Below are positions 49,030 through 62,150 of a stretch of 64,000 bases of DNA, piece after piece. Position numbers and translations under genes: made by a program. The DNA lies in NCBI GenBank assembly GCA_950097015.1, contig CATNEN010000033.1:434001-498000 (forward strand). Direction: 5' to 3'. Source of the stretch: Macrostomum hystrix (taxonomy: Eukaryota > Animalia > Platyhelminthes). Below the pieces are notes generated by a model, which had not been told where the DNA came from, did no database searches, and saw nothing but the letters and a program-made list of their open reading frames with translations. How positions within the stretch are numbered: the first letter of the stretch is position 1; each line of letters starts with the position of its first letter.

Positions 49030-49932
49030 CCGTCGGATAAGCTTCGTTAATTTATGAGCTAGTCTCAAAACTTAATAGAGGTTGAAAATGGCGTCCCAAG
49101 AGAATCGAAATTTGCAGAATAGTCTATCTTTCGGACAGGATATTGCGCGTGTCATTATCATTGCCTTCGTTTTTTCTGAGTCTTGAAGCAAACCAACAGC
49201 AAATAAAGCAAGCCAATTATAACGAGACAGGTGCTCATTATCTGCATTTTCTCAACGGTTGCTCACACAATTTCGGCAATTCAGCTGAAAATTTACCACC
49301 CTCTAGCTTTGAAATTTTGGGAGTGATTGACGTCGAAAGCTTTCCAAATTCTAACGAATTATAAAAAATGAAAACAATGTAAAGCGATTTTATTCCTACT
49401 CGTACAATGAAATCAAGGCACTTCGGCACCCGTTATGCGTTGATGGCAGGACTAGTAAATGCCCATCTGGTAGTGAAATCTTCCTGCATTTGTAATCCGT
49501 GCGCCGATTTAATCTTTAGTAATGGTTTAGTTACAATGCACCACTCAATAATAATATCCATCAGGACAGACGGGACCCTGCACCGCGTCTACCGATCCAT
49601 ATTATATGTTTTTGTGTAAAACGACAGTCTGCACATCGTTTGTCCTTAGCGTAAGCATTCTTAACCAAATATATATTTACTAATTTTGAGGCGGTCGTAG
49701 TCCGTTATGGCATGGTTAGAGATCCAGACTCACGAACAGTTCGGGGTTCGATTTTTTACTCCACTGTAAAATTTTTTAACTCTGCATTGCTTTAATTCAA
49801 CCAACTTTTAAATGGGTACCAGCATTGTCTGGCGTAATTCGGAGTGGTGAGTATCCCCCAGTCCATGGACTGAACAGTCGTACGCATTTACAGTACAGGC
49901 TTGCTCTCAGCTTGACGAACGGGGGGGGCCAA

Positions 49933-50799
49933 TCACCAGCCGATAATCCAAATTTCGCCAGATTCGCTCACAAAAGCGGTGGCGAAGCTGCTGAGGCGGC
50001 AGAGGCCGCTGCTGTGAAAGCGAACGGAAGAGCAGTTGGTGGTCTGGGCGCAGGAGGCGGCGCACTCAAATAGACTCCTAGCTGGGCTGTTCCAGAACAG
50101 GGTGCCGGTGTATCCCGCATTGGTGATCAGCTGAGGGGCAGCAGAGGCCATGAACTTGTGGAAGCGGAGGCCCCCGGTGGCTAAAAATTGAAGATGTTTG
50201 CGAATGAACAGGATATTGAGCAAGGTCAGTGGAATGTAAATTTGGCAGAATCACTAAGTACACAAGTTTGACACCCTTGAGTACGCGAAATAAATGAATA
50301 AATAAATTTGAGCAAAGCTGAATTAGCTTCACAAAATATAGGTAGCAGTAGCAATTAGCTGCAGTACACTCGTTAACTGACGGCGCTCACCAGCAGAGTA
50401 TACGTTCTCGTAGATGGAGTTTCTGTAACCAGCGCCGCACATCTGTAGGGGATCGCCGTTGCAATTTTGGTTGCACTCAGATTCCGCCGCACTGCCCCAG
50501 GAGCCGTAAGTTGAGTCGCAAGAGCATTGGCCAATATTTTGTAGCGCAAAAAATTGAAAACCGCCGTAGGCGCAAATGTTGCTACAGAGCTGTATCGTCA
50601 TGTAGCTTCTGCTCACCATTCCCTGGCTCGAGTAGTTCACTTCGATAGGACCTAACTTGGAGACATGAACGAGGCCAACCATGTCTCTGTTGGGCGGTCC
50701 CTGGTCAACGAAGCAACCTACATAGCGCGGAGTGGCTTTGCGCTGGCACAGCGACCCGACGACCAGCACGGCACCCACTGCGACGGTCAACAATCGCAT
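49933..50799 (-). CDS. WSC + PAN/Apple-like secreted protein, copy 3 (exons 50799-50391, 50180-49933; 218 aa)
   Basis: Same architecture; exon sum 657. Confidence 0.85.
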
Positions 50800-51342
50800 T
50801 CGACTGTTAGCTGGCTGCGGTTGAGGAGTACAGTGTTCTTGGTTTTAAGCAGTTGTCGCTTGCAAAGTGACGCGTAATGTAGTGCTTCACTTTTATGTAT
50901 TTCAATCTTCCATCTGTCATGCTTTGTTTTGCTCTGGACAATAGGGAGGCATTTTAAAAGGCCTTCTTTAACAAGCCATCAAACAGGAGCCGATTGACAG
51001 CAGGCTATTTACCTCGCACCCCTGTACCCGTACTCTGGCTATCCCAACAACTTCATTCTGGTGTGAAATTTCTTTCGCATCAAGTTTTCAGTGGTAATTT
51101 TTACCATTTTACATGCACAAGAGGGGACTATTGTCTGCGTTGCCAATCACTTAGTCCTCAAATAAATGAGATAGCCACTTCGCAGTTTTCATTGGCTTTT
51201 CCTGGAGCTGCTGAGGGAGCCTCGTTGCGCCGATTGTACCAAAGTATTCTCATTGCTCGCTAAAGTTTTAGGCTGGTTAAATCTCTTGATTTTGTAAAGT
51301 GGCACTTGCAAACAAAGAGCGTGTTGACTAGGCCGACTGTCA

Positions 51343-51680
51343 GGGGGTCGGTGGCAGAGCGGTTAACGCGTTTGCCTCTCGCACCACGGTCCCTAAGTTC
51401 GATTCCACGGCGAGGCTACATTTATTTGGGGCGCAGCCGCGGAGAGAAGGCTTGGGGGCTTGTCGTGCAATTTACGCCCTTGAGGGCCAACCTCCAAGGC
51501 ACAGTGAAGTGTACACTGCCTGACGATGAGAAAGTCAGTGCAGATGTACACACCTGTGTGAGCGTTTGCCTGCGTAAAGTATCTGTGTGCGTCTGTGCTC
51601 AAGAGTCAGCGAAATGGTCAGAATAGCCTCCTCGCTGGCTGCGGGTCTAGTGTCACTAAATGATGTGCCATTGCCCGCAT
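51343..51680 (+). mobile_element. tRNA-derived SINE, best-preserved copy
   Basis: The 5' head has an A-box (TGGCAGAGCGG) and B-box (GTTCGATTCC) at tRNA-like spacing. The body is shared with copies at 34.5, 35.7 and 47.7 kb. Confidence 0.85.
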
Positions 51681-52345
51681 ATGGTTGGCAGTGACAGAAA
51701 TCTGTTCTAAAAAGCTTTTAACAAACCCTGTTGTTGATAGGAGCACGAGAAGCTGTTCAAGGAAACACTTTCACCAGACTTTTGACCACCATGCATGAAA
51801 CATGTTGGCTATCGGACAGTGTTTTTTAAACACAAAATTATGTCTTGACACTTTAATAAAAAATTTTTTTCTTCCGTGACCATTTTAGCCACAAGCCATC
51901 TGCACACCTGTGTTGTCGTTCCTCGTGCCGCCGCAGCCGCACCCGAGGTGCGCAAGACAGCGAAGTTACGCAGACCTCAGCGACCGCCAGGACTTCCCCT
52001 CCCCCGCGCACGCTCGATCTGACCGCCTAAATGTTCTACACTCCATATTGCTCTAAATTGAGCACTGCTCGTAGAATATTATTTTCTTTAGCTCCTTTTA
52101 TTATGGTTGTCCTAGAAAAGCAAGCTATCTTTTTAGAATAGCAGATCGACAATACGTCGATTACTAGCCCTGCAGCACTGAGTCCTGCAGATGAAGCCGC
52201 AGCATTAAGTCACTGAGGCCACCTTAAGACTTCCAACTTCAGAATGATCAAAATGAAAATTGTTTATTGAACTGAGGCTCGATTGAGGCTCAGAGGGAAA
52301 ATTTGGTTTTCTTATTCTTAATCAGCGCAGAAGTTAACTCCACAA

Positions 52346-53482
52346 TCAGCCGACAATCCAAACGTTCCCAGATTCGTTGCTGAATGCGGTGGCGAAGCTG
52401 CTGAGGCGACAGAGGCTGCTGCTATCGTTGAAGTGATAGGCGGAGCAGCTGGCGGTCAGAGAGCAAGTTAGTGAGCACACGACCAGGCTTTGAGCTGGGC
52501 TGTTCCAGAACAGGGTGCCAGAGAACTCAGCAGCTGTGAGCAGCTGGTTTTGGGCAGACGCATCGTACTTGCGGAAGTAAAGTCCATCAGCGACTGCAAC
52601 ACAAATTCAATGAGAAATGTGACCAACGAAAACCCCGAAGTAAGCTCGAACTGTAGGAGTTGGATTGATTTTTCAGCAATCTTATAACAAGAGTCCCTTC
52701 TTTTTTCTTATTGCAGTGTTCGCATTGTGGCTTTTAACGCGATCTGAATTATTATTGACTGTAGAAATTTGCACTGCTTCTTGAGCTTGAATCGAATTGT
52801 GAAAATTTATTAGCAAAATAAACTTGGATAGATAAACCAAGAACCACTAGGAGTAGTAGGATGGGAAACTAAGTTTCTTAGAAAAAAATTGAAGGCTGGT
52901 TTTTTTGCGCGAAAATATAATACAGAGATAAGAAATTATCTTATTGTTTAGATTGAAATGGTGAAAGCTTTTGATTGGAGGCAGATACAAAGCTTTTCTT
53001 TTGATATAACTTGCCTAACGAATTTATTCTCCTAGTGGTCCTTGCAATAAACATCTACTGCACTCACCTGATGAGTACAAATTCTCATAGACAGAGTTTC
53101 GGTAGTGGCCCCCGCACTTCTGCTTTGCATTCCCGCCACAGTTTAGGCTACAATTCGACTCTGGCACAGAGCCCCAGGAGCCGTAGGTGGAGTCGCAGGC
53201 GCAGCTGGTTGAGTGTTGCAGGGCAAAGTAGCGAAACCCTCCGTAGGCGCAGACTGCGCTGCAAAGCTCCACAGTCATATCGTTTCTGGTCACAATTCCC
53301 TGATCTGGTAGGTTGACGCTGACTGGGCCAAGCCAAGCAATGCCAACCAGGCCCAGCATGTCTCTGTGGGGTGGCGCGTTGTCCAGGAAGCAGCCCACAT
53401 AGAGCGGAATGGCTTTGCGCTGGCACAGCGACCCGGTGACGAGCAGAGCAGCCACCACAATGGCCGCCAGTCTTGGGCACAT
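52346..53482 (-). CDS. WSC + PAN/Apple-like secreted protein, copy 4 (exons 53482-53068, 52593-52346; 220 aa)
   Basis: Exon 2 is absent from the ORF track and was translated by hand (VADGLYFRKYDASAQNQLLTAAEFSGTLFWNSPAQSLVVCSLTCSLTASCSAYHFNDSSSLCRLSSFATAFSNESGNVWIVG*); exon sum 663. Confidence 0.85.
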
Positions 53483-54754
53483 CACTCGCAAGTCGACTTT
53501 GACAAATCTTAAATCACGAACAAGCATAAAAGCTGACTGAGCCAGCAGGAGGCTCTACTTACGATGAAGATCCGAAGTACCCGCCCTTGTTACACACTTT
53601 CTTGTTCTTCGGCAAAGACTGGCAGCCACGCCAGTGAGAAAGTCCCGCATTGCTCTTCGCAGTGGCAAACGAGAGTAGAAAACTGTCTTTTTAAAATTGA
53701 CTGTTAGCGATGCCGATGCAATTAGTCGACTAAAAGCTACTCAGAGCTACTATAGAGCTCTTTAGAAGAAAAGCTCACATTGTAAATGGATTGAGTGTAA
53801 TTTTGACTGGTGCGAAAGCGGTACTATCTTAATTGCATTGTTTCTTTCAGAGCAAATTTTGAGAGACAGTAGGCCTGCTTGCGCCTCATTTAAAGATAAA
53901 AAAATCGCGATAATGCTTTTGTTAGAACGGAACAAATGAGACATTATGCGGGTTTTATCACGATTCGCATTTTAAACATTCGATTCTGCAAATTGACAAT
54001 ATCAGTTACTAGATTGGTCTGAATGACTACAATCATACTGTAATTGCATTGTAACCGTACTGTAATTGACTGCAGTGAGCTGCAATTCAACTGTAAATGA
54101 CTGCAGTGAGCCGCAATGCAACTGTAATTGACTGCAATTGTCCCCCGTCAGTACTGCTTTCTCGGAGGCTTGAATAGTTTTAAAACATATGAAAAACAGT
54201 AAATTTTTCAGATCTGAAATTCTGACGGCTTTTTTTCTCAAAGCATAGATATTGCTTGCTTGGTTAGATGGCAAATTGATTTGCATCTGGATCCATAAAT
54301 CTAGATAATGTTTTTTTAGCATAATCTAAAACATTGGGAAAGTAGCAGAGACGGAATGCTGTTAAAAAGGCAGCGGAGTGCTGTAAAGAGCCTAGAAAAG
54401 TACGTCATGGTGGCAGAGATTCACAGAGTCTTTACAGAGATGGCAAAGCCCTGCTCAAAGGGATGCCAAAGCCATGGACTGGGATAATGGGGGACAGAGA
54501 GGGGCGAAGGAAGAGGCGACAGGTTCGGAGGAGGAAAGCCTAGGGTTGCAAACTGACCAGGCCTGTCTTGCAATCTAATCCGTACATTCGTGATTGAAAA
54601 GGTCGGGTTCCATTTTAAAGTCCCATGAGGCTTTTTTGCCTCTTATTTTTTAGGTTGCTCTCTCTGGTTCAAAAGATCCAAGAATGCACGATCATTGTCC
54701 CATTGTTCATCTGTGCCCAGTGTTCCAGTCTCCAGTCCAACTCCGATCCAAGAG

Positions 54755-55574
54755 TCACTTGACAAGCCAAACGTCGCTGTTGTCTTGGTTGTCAATGACG
54801 GCAGCGAACTGGCTGAGACGGCAGAGTCTGTTTGTCTCGTCGAACCGAAAGGCGGAGCAGTACACAGTCCTGATGACGCACAGATCGGCGCACTGCAATA
54901 CACTTTCTGCCGCGACGTTCCAGTCGAGGATGCCAGCGAAGTAGGAGGTAAAAACGATGCGCGGAGCGTTCTCGAATTTCAGCTTGGACAGTTGAAACCC
55001 ACTGTGGTCGGACTTTGAGGCTGCAGGGTGAGTCAAGATTTTTAGGGCTTCAGTGCAGGCTTCACTTCAGTGCTTCTGATTTTCTATCGAGTCCTTTAAC
55101 AGAAAGTTAAAGCTGTCTGTCTGATCTAGGAGCTGTCTAAATGAACTCACTAAAGTAAACAATTTCGTAGATGGAGTTTCGGTAGTCGCCTCCACAGATT
55201 TGCATGTCATTTCCCGAGCACGTCAGCTTGCAGTCAGTCTCATCAGCAATGCCCAGTGAGCCGTAACTTGAGTCGCAGGCACATTCTCTCTGAGCCTGTA
55301 CACCAAAGTAGCGAAAACTGCCCATGGCACAGACTTGACTGCACAGCTCCACATTCATGTTGGTTGCGCTGGAGTAGATGCCCTGGCTGACGTAGCTGAT
55401 ATTGTACGGCCCAAGACAGATGACTCCAACCAGGCCCGGCAAGTCCCGATTGGGCATGGCGGAATCCTTGAAGCAGCCGATGTAGTTGAGTGTTACAGTT
55501 CTCAAAGCCAAAGTTGGCGTAGTCAGGGCGGCAACCACTGACACCGCCGTCCACACAGTCAGCTTAGAAGACAT
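54755..55574 (-). CDS. WSC + PAN/Apple-like secreted protein, copy 5, divergent (exons 55574-55151, 55020-54755; 229 aa)
   Basis: Same cysteine skeleton and intron position; different signal peptide; exon sum 690. Confidence 0.85.
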
Positions 55575-56499
55575 GGTTGTCCAGGTGAATCGGACTGGGC
55601 TCACCTCTTGCTCTTTTGTAGCAGATTTTTTAATTCCATTAAGCAGAATTTGATTGGCTCCCCTTTTTACAAAAATTCAAGCAGCGGCTTCGTGGGTCTG
55701 CATGTCAGCCTCGGCTTGATCGCTTGCGAATTTCGAAATTCCATTAACGAATGCGCTGCCGGGTACCCTTTCAGAGTCTTGCGCTGTATGTGTCTACGCA
55801 GGTATTTATTTCGTTCCTTCAGTAAAGATCAGATGATAAACGATATTTAATCTCACGAAAGAGCAATGAAGGAACGACACTCCGAAAAGATCTGCACTTT
55901 AGGAATAAAACAAGCGAATGTACGAGATGTGAGTATGGCGGGAAGCGTTGAGAAACGATTATGAAAGTCGCTAGAAACTGCGAGACCAACAAAGACATTT
56001 AAGATGGAGATAGCCTACGACTGCAAAGCCATTTAAGACTTCCATTATTCAAAACCATAGACTATCATAGTTTTTTACCAGTTTTTCTTGCGAAATCGAC
56101 TCGAATTATGGAGTCTCCTGTTTCCATGGTAGCAAACCGGCAGAGAACGCTGTTAACATGGAACTAATCGAACTAATCGTTGTTTAGTAGTCCTTGAGTC
56201 AAACCAACAGCTCGCAGGGAGGGGTTGGGTTGTACGCGCTGGCAGGGTGGATGGGCAAATGTACGCAGAGCTGATTGGCGGGAGGTGCAAAGCCACGCAG
56301 GTCTGGGTAAGGGTTAACAGATAACGCCCGCGCCCAGCCAATAAGATGGCACAGAGCAGGGACGGGGGCGGAGGGTGAGAGAGAGCGAGGCGAGGGCCGG
56401 GCCGCCAACAAAACCGGCCTTAAACAACGGCCTTGGCGGGCAGTCGACAATGCCTAACCGCCTCAGGAACACAGGCACTACACAATCATTTTTGGGGTC

Positions 56500-56900
56500 A
56501 CAATGGGATCTCTTTTTATAGATTGCTTTCCCGAATGCTTGCCCGAGTCTTACTATTGCATTAAACAGCTTTAGCAATATGGATTTTAGCACCCTCTGCT
56601 TATTAATTATGTGCTCATTTGTTATACCATCCATTCCTGCAACATTTATTCTCTTCAGCTGTTTGACAGCTCTGTCGAGATCTTCAGTGCTAATTGGATC
56701 GCACATTGGCATGATGATTTATTGCCTTGCATATTTATAACCTTTATTAATGGACTCCCCTTGAAGGATTTTGCCTAATATGTATTTTTCAACAGTTTTT
56801 TTTCGAAATGTTCATATATCATCAAGCTTTTTCAATTGGACCTACCAAAGCAAGCTGCCTCGCTTGGCTCTTTTGATTGAGCATGGTTGCTTCGCCACTC
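56500..56900 (-). mobile_element. Decayed non-LTR retrotransposon (LINE) ORF2 fragment at the RT N-terminal region
   Basis: PISTEDLDRAVKQLKRINVAGMDGITNEHI...LLKLFNAIVRLG matches the pre-RT motif (I..E.V..A...LK...A.G.DGI..E....L..LFN). Confidence 0.7.
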
Positions 56901-57556
56901 TTTGATTTTTATCATGCCAGCGTATGCTTGCCATAATCGTCAACTATACAGAGGGAACTGGGTCCATTCCCGCCTTGTCTCATTCGATCACTCCTACAGA
57001 TTTCATTGCACAATGAGCTTGCCACTGAGGCGGAGAGAAACTGAACTCCGACAGCGAGCGATCACATACATCGGTGACAAAAATAGATCACAAAAGCCTT
57101 TTGACAGAGTCAGTAACCTTGCATATGTTCCAAGCAAAGAGGCTAGTTCCAAAATCATCGACAAGAGAAGGATGTTCATTGGTTTGAGAAGATTGAAGCC
57201 AAAAATGTTAACGATGTGTCAATAGAACAGTCCACTGCTTATAGTTCATTTTTGACGCTCCTGACAGATAAATATGCGAGTACGGACTTCACGGGCATAC
57301 TTTTCGAACTATTCAGAAAATTTCGGTAGACCCTTGTGAAAGTACAATCAAGGTTTGTTGCGATAAGAATTAAAGTAAAGAAGGACAGCTAATCAATTCA
57401 TTTTGTGCTGAGAACTCGGTAGACCTCTAACATATCGACTGGGTCAATCGGATCTTTGCGCGAAATCTGATTTCAACATTTGTTCATGTTGTGCTCCAGG
57501 ATGCAATCAGTCAGCCTCAAGTGGGGCTCCATCAGGCCGGACACCCAAGGAGCCAA

Positions 57557-58338
57557 TCAAGAGGCAATCCAAAGGTCGCCAGATTCGCCAACAAGGGCGG
57601 TAGCGAAGCTGCTGAGGCGGCAGAGGCTGCTGCTCCCATTGAAGCGGTAGGCGGAGCAGTTCAGCGTCTGGGCGCACGAGACGGCGCAATCGATGAGGGT
57701 TTGAGCCGGGCTGCTCCAGAACAGGGCGCCAGCGAATCCGACTGAGGTGATCAGCTGAGGTGCGTCTTCGGCACGGAATTTGGTGAAACGCAGACCTTCA
57801 AGGGCTGAATGCATTTTCATTGCGCATTATAGAAGACAGCAAAGCATTTTATGATTCTGAAAACAGTCTGTATTGGTAGCAGAGGTGAATATCAGGACGA
57901 AGCCTACCGGCTCAACTCACCCGTTGTGTACGCATTCTCATAGATGGAATTTCGGAGCGCGCCGCCGCACATCTGCAGCGCATTTCCAAGGCAGTATTGG
58001 TTGCACTCAGAATCGGGCACAGAGCCCCAGGAGCCATACGTGGAGTCGCATGAGCATTGGGCAAAGTTTTGCACGGCAGCGAATCGAAATCCGGCATAGG
58101 CGCAGATCTCGCTGCACAGCTGTACCGTCATGGCTTTTCGTGACACAAGTCCCTGGCTTGTGTAGTTGATGCCGAATGGGCCTAACCAAGAGATGCCAAC
58201 GAGGCCCTGCATGTCTCTGTTGGGTGGGACTTGGTCTACGAAGCAGCCCACATAGAGCGGAGTGGCCTTTCGTTGACACAGCGACCCAGTGACCAGCAGG
58301 GCAGCCACCGAGATGACAAATGGAAGTTGACGACGCAT
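57557..58338 (-). CDS. WSC + PAN/Apple-like secreted protein, copy 6 (exons 58338-57921, 57804-57557; 221 aa)
   Basis: Same architecture; exon sum 666. Confidence 0.85.
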
Positions 58339-58899
58339 GAGGAGCTTGAGAACTTGAGAGCTTGAGTTTCTGCTGGTCGCGATGAGCTTGGTTGTAATCT
58401 GAAACTGTTCCTGGTTAGCGATGCAGCCTAGCAGACAAGGTCCGAAATCGGATGCTGATTCGCAGCTTGAAGTCAGATCATACCAAGGCCTTTTGTTTGG
58501 GAAGGAAGGAAAGATTGGCCGATTGTTTGAAATTGCGAGAGGGTGTGACAAAGGATCCATGTTTCGCTTTTTATTTGATTTCCATGCATGCTATTGTGTA
58601 ATTTTTTACCAGCACAGCTACAAAAGACTAGATTCACCGAAGCTTTCCGGGATGTTGCAAGCTTTTTTTAGGTTGCGCAAGGTAAGCAGAAAAAAGACTA
58701 TTTCTTCACTTCCGTTCGTTCAGTGAATATCATGCTAGTCAAAGTAACGATTGAAAACCTTCGCCAAAGATAACAGTCACTAAATGTTAAATGTAAAAAA
58801 GAGATTTTAGAGCGAAAAACTAGAAAATACGATCTTGTAGAGAGTTGTAAAATGTGCTTTTGCTTAACGCGCTACTTAAAGTAATGTCACAAGGAAACC

Positions 58900-59890
58900 T
58901 TAGCTACAACGTTTAATCTATTTTTAGGAATGAGTCATGCGCTATTTTTAGAAATAAGTCATGTGACATGAAACCGGAGAACCGGTTCTTGACATCTGTA
59001 TTTGCTTGAATTCCAAATATGGTGAAACAAACAATTATGACTCATCAGTTTCTGCATCTGTATTTACAAAATATTCCAAATATGGTAATGTTCACCTGAA
59101 AAACCCCCAAAACGCATCTAATCAAACAAGTCTGACCTCACTGTGCAAACATGTATGCCCAATGTAAACACCCGGTAGTAGAACCGGTTTCCCCCCAAAA
59201 TTTTACTTTAAATACAAGCGAAAATCTGAGCTGAAAATTCAGACTCGGAGCGGTCCACCGGACTTCAAAACACCTTACGAAGAAGAGGACTCATCTCTGA
59301 GGGAAAGACAAGTGGTAAGCGCTTTACTAGACAGAGTAATTTATCGCTAGCGATCTTTGTTGAATCGAACTAAGTTTACGAGAGCCACATATCGTCGATA
59401 AATTTGAGAAAGGCCTCCTTGTTTCCTAGGATACATTCCTAGAGGATTATTGATTGATTTGATTTGAGTTATCCGTTATCTTTCGGAGGTAACGAAGAAG
59501 ACGCCCTTCAGGAGGACCTATTAGAGATATACAAGAGAGATCTCAATTTTCACTAGGGCGCACGTTTCTATTGTGAATTCCGAGCTCGAGGAAACCGACA
59601 AGTAATATGATTCGCTCTCGTCATTTATTGGCCAATAGACAAACTCAAGCAGCTGCCAAGAAGACAAAGAAGACAAGACAACAAAGACTCAAGAAACACA
59701 GACTCGAAACCTCACGGTCGACCAGAATAAGAAGAAGAACAAGGACTACAAGGACCCAGAAGACTACAAACTACTTAAGGAATAAGAAGCAATTGCAGTA
59801 AGTGTCACGTGACTGTTATAAATTCCTAGGCAATTGTTCCCCATTGTCTAGAAGTGGGAGTTTCGTGTGTCTGATCAACACGCAAAACTC
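58900..59890. mobile_element. Unclassified dispersed repeat, copy B (homologous to 26950-28040)
   Basis: Shares both flanking blocks with copy A. The middle is a non-repetitive A-rich AAGAAGAC-like stretch instead of the 9-bp array. Confidence 0.6.
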
Positions 59891-61369
59891 TTCAATCTTA
59901 AATATAATATTCCGTACGTTCTTTGACATAACCAACGACAAGAACACAACAAAATTAGAAAACAATTTGGTGAGAAAGTGTTATAAATATTTTTTATCAT
60001 CCACAAGAAGGCAAAGTTTGGGGGAATATTGTAATCAGTTGTGAGAGACGTGCAGTAAAATGCAGTAAAAAGTAAGATGGCAAATACCTAAAGGCGGGCT
60101 CAACCAGATGGACTCAGCTGTACTGCAGGGTCAGGCGGCTAAGTGCGAGGTCGACTGTCGTTCCTCAGGGGCGAAAGCGTGCCTAGACGGCTGGGGGGGA
60201 TGGGGAGCTAATATATATGGGGACTCGACATAAGAGGATAACTTTGGGGGAGGGGAGAAATATTTTTCATGGGGGAAAGTAGCAGGAGGACTAGTAGAGG
60301 GACAGGGGATCCAGTGTTGCTGAGCTGTGGGACGAAACAGAACAAGCACGCCCGAAGATGTCGGAACTTCTGGCTTTTTTGGGAGAAAAAACGACGAGAT
60401 TATATAGGGGAGAATTCCCGCATCAGGCGCGTGAACCGTTATGAAACGTCTCCGTTGACCCAGCCTTGATCCTGGGCAGTCTACAACCGAGCCCTGCCAC
60501 GCTCTGATTGGCCCGATGTTTTACAGTAAGCTTAGGGGGGAGGTGGGGCGGGTGATATTACATATTAGTTGCGCAACGGCTCATGAACTATGAGTTTGCT
60601 TATTAGCTCGTAATTAACGAAATTAGTAATGAAAATATTTGCTTTAAATACTACATAGAGGAGATAAATAAATTTAAGTAACATATGCGAAAATTATTAG
60701 CGATTCGCATAAATGAAAAGGACATTTGAAGGTTAAGCTCCCGTCACGCTTGAGTGAACCAGAACGATGGGAAGCGGAGGTGTGGTTGGCATTTTGAGGG
60801 GTCTGAGGGATCAAGACGATGACTCATCGAGTCACCTGTTCATCGAACTTCCCAGGCTGGCCTCAAGGCTCACTAACAATACTTTGGGGAAAACTGGCAG
60901 GTGATGGGCAATTTAAAGAGTAAATTTACATTCAAGGCCCCTGGGGTCGAGTTTGGACACATCAGAATGTCTATAGTAGATTCTTTCCTTGTCTTTCAGT
61001 CATTTAACGGCTTTTAGAAATGAATTAGGCTACCTAAGTGATTAGCGAATCAGTAATATAGAAATCTACCTGAGTCCTTGACCAGTTAAGGGTGTATAAA
61101 TACGATATCCTGTGCATCTCGTGCGTTTAGAAGCGCATTTTCTGCTTAATATTTGTTCTGGCCTCAGGTTCGCTTTGTTCATAAAAACAAAAAAAAAGAA
61201 TTTAAATCGATGGGTAGAAAAACTGTTAATTTATTTTAACGATTATTCGAGAGGGGTCGACAGCAGATTATTTCGTTAAGGTTTTTGCTCGTGAAATAGT
61301 CGCTTTATTCTTCGATTTTTTAGTTTTCAACTATACGACCACAAGTTCGAGTCTAGGTTTGTTCCGTAC

Positions 61370-62150
61370 TCAGCCGACAATCCAAACGTCGCTCGATTCG
61401 TTGCTGAATGCGGCGGCGAAGCCGCTGAGGAGACAGAGGCCATTGAACCGATAGGCAGAGCAGCTGGTAGTCATGGTGCAAGCGAGTGAGCACTCAGCGG
61501 GGCTCTGAGCTGGGCTGCTCCAGAACAGGGTGCCAACAAACTCAGAGGTGGTGATGAGCCGAGGCGCTTCAAAGGCGGAAAACTTGCGGAATTGAAGGCT
61601 TTTAGATACTGCAACCGATATTGGGTAAGATTGGCTCAAGCTGTAACAACAGAGCCATGCCCGTTAGCTGCTCTCAAAAAATACTAAACCAAAATAGTAA
61701 TTCAGACAGCTATAACAAGTACTCACATCTAAGATTTGTATTTTCATATATGGAATTGCGAAAGCTCCCTCCACACACCTGTGAGGCGTTGCCGGAACAG
61801 ACGTAGCTGCACTCAGACTCCGGCACTGAGCCCCAGGAGCCGCATGTGGAGTCGCACGAGCATTCGTTGGAATTCTGCAGAGCTGCGAATCGAAAGCCTG
61901 CATAGGCGCAGATCTCGCTGCACAGCCGCACCGTCATGCCACTGCTCGAGTAGATTCCCTGGCTCGGGTAATCAACGCCGAACGGGCCAATCCTGCTGAC
62001 TCCAACGAGTCCAATCATGTCTCTGTCGGGTGGAGCCTTGTCCACGAAGCAGCCCATATAGAGAGGAGCGGCCTTGCGCTGGCTCAGCGACCCAGTGACC
62101 AGCAGAGCAGCCATTGCTATGGCAACCAGAGATTTGGATTTTAGGGGCAT
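61370..62150 (-). CDS. WSC + PAN/Apple-like secreted protein, copy 7 (exons 62150-61727, 61608-61370; 220 aa)
   Basis: Same architecture; exon sum 663; TATAAA lies about 45 nt upstream of the ATG (62197-62202). Confidence 0.85.

Noticed and set aside
49690-49770. tRNA-like sequence (also a B-box-like motif near 28490-28520)
   Set aside because: A B-box is present but no complete cloverleaf can be built.
51905-51970. HDV-like ribozyme candidate (TCCTCGT L3-like motif; similar motif near 60165)
   Set aside because: P3 and P1 pairings could not be formed by hand.
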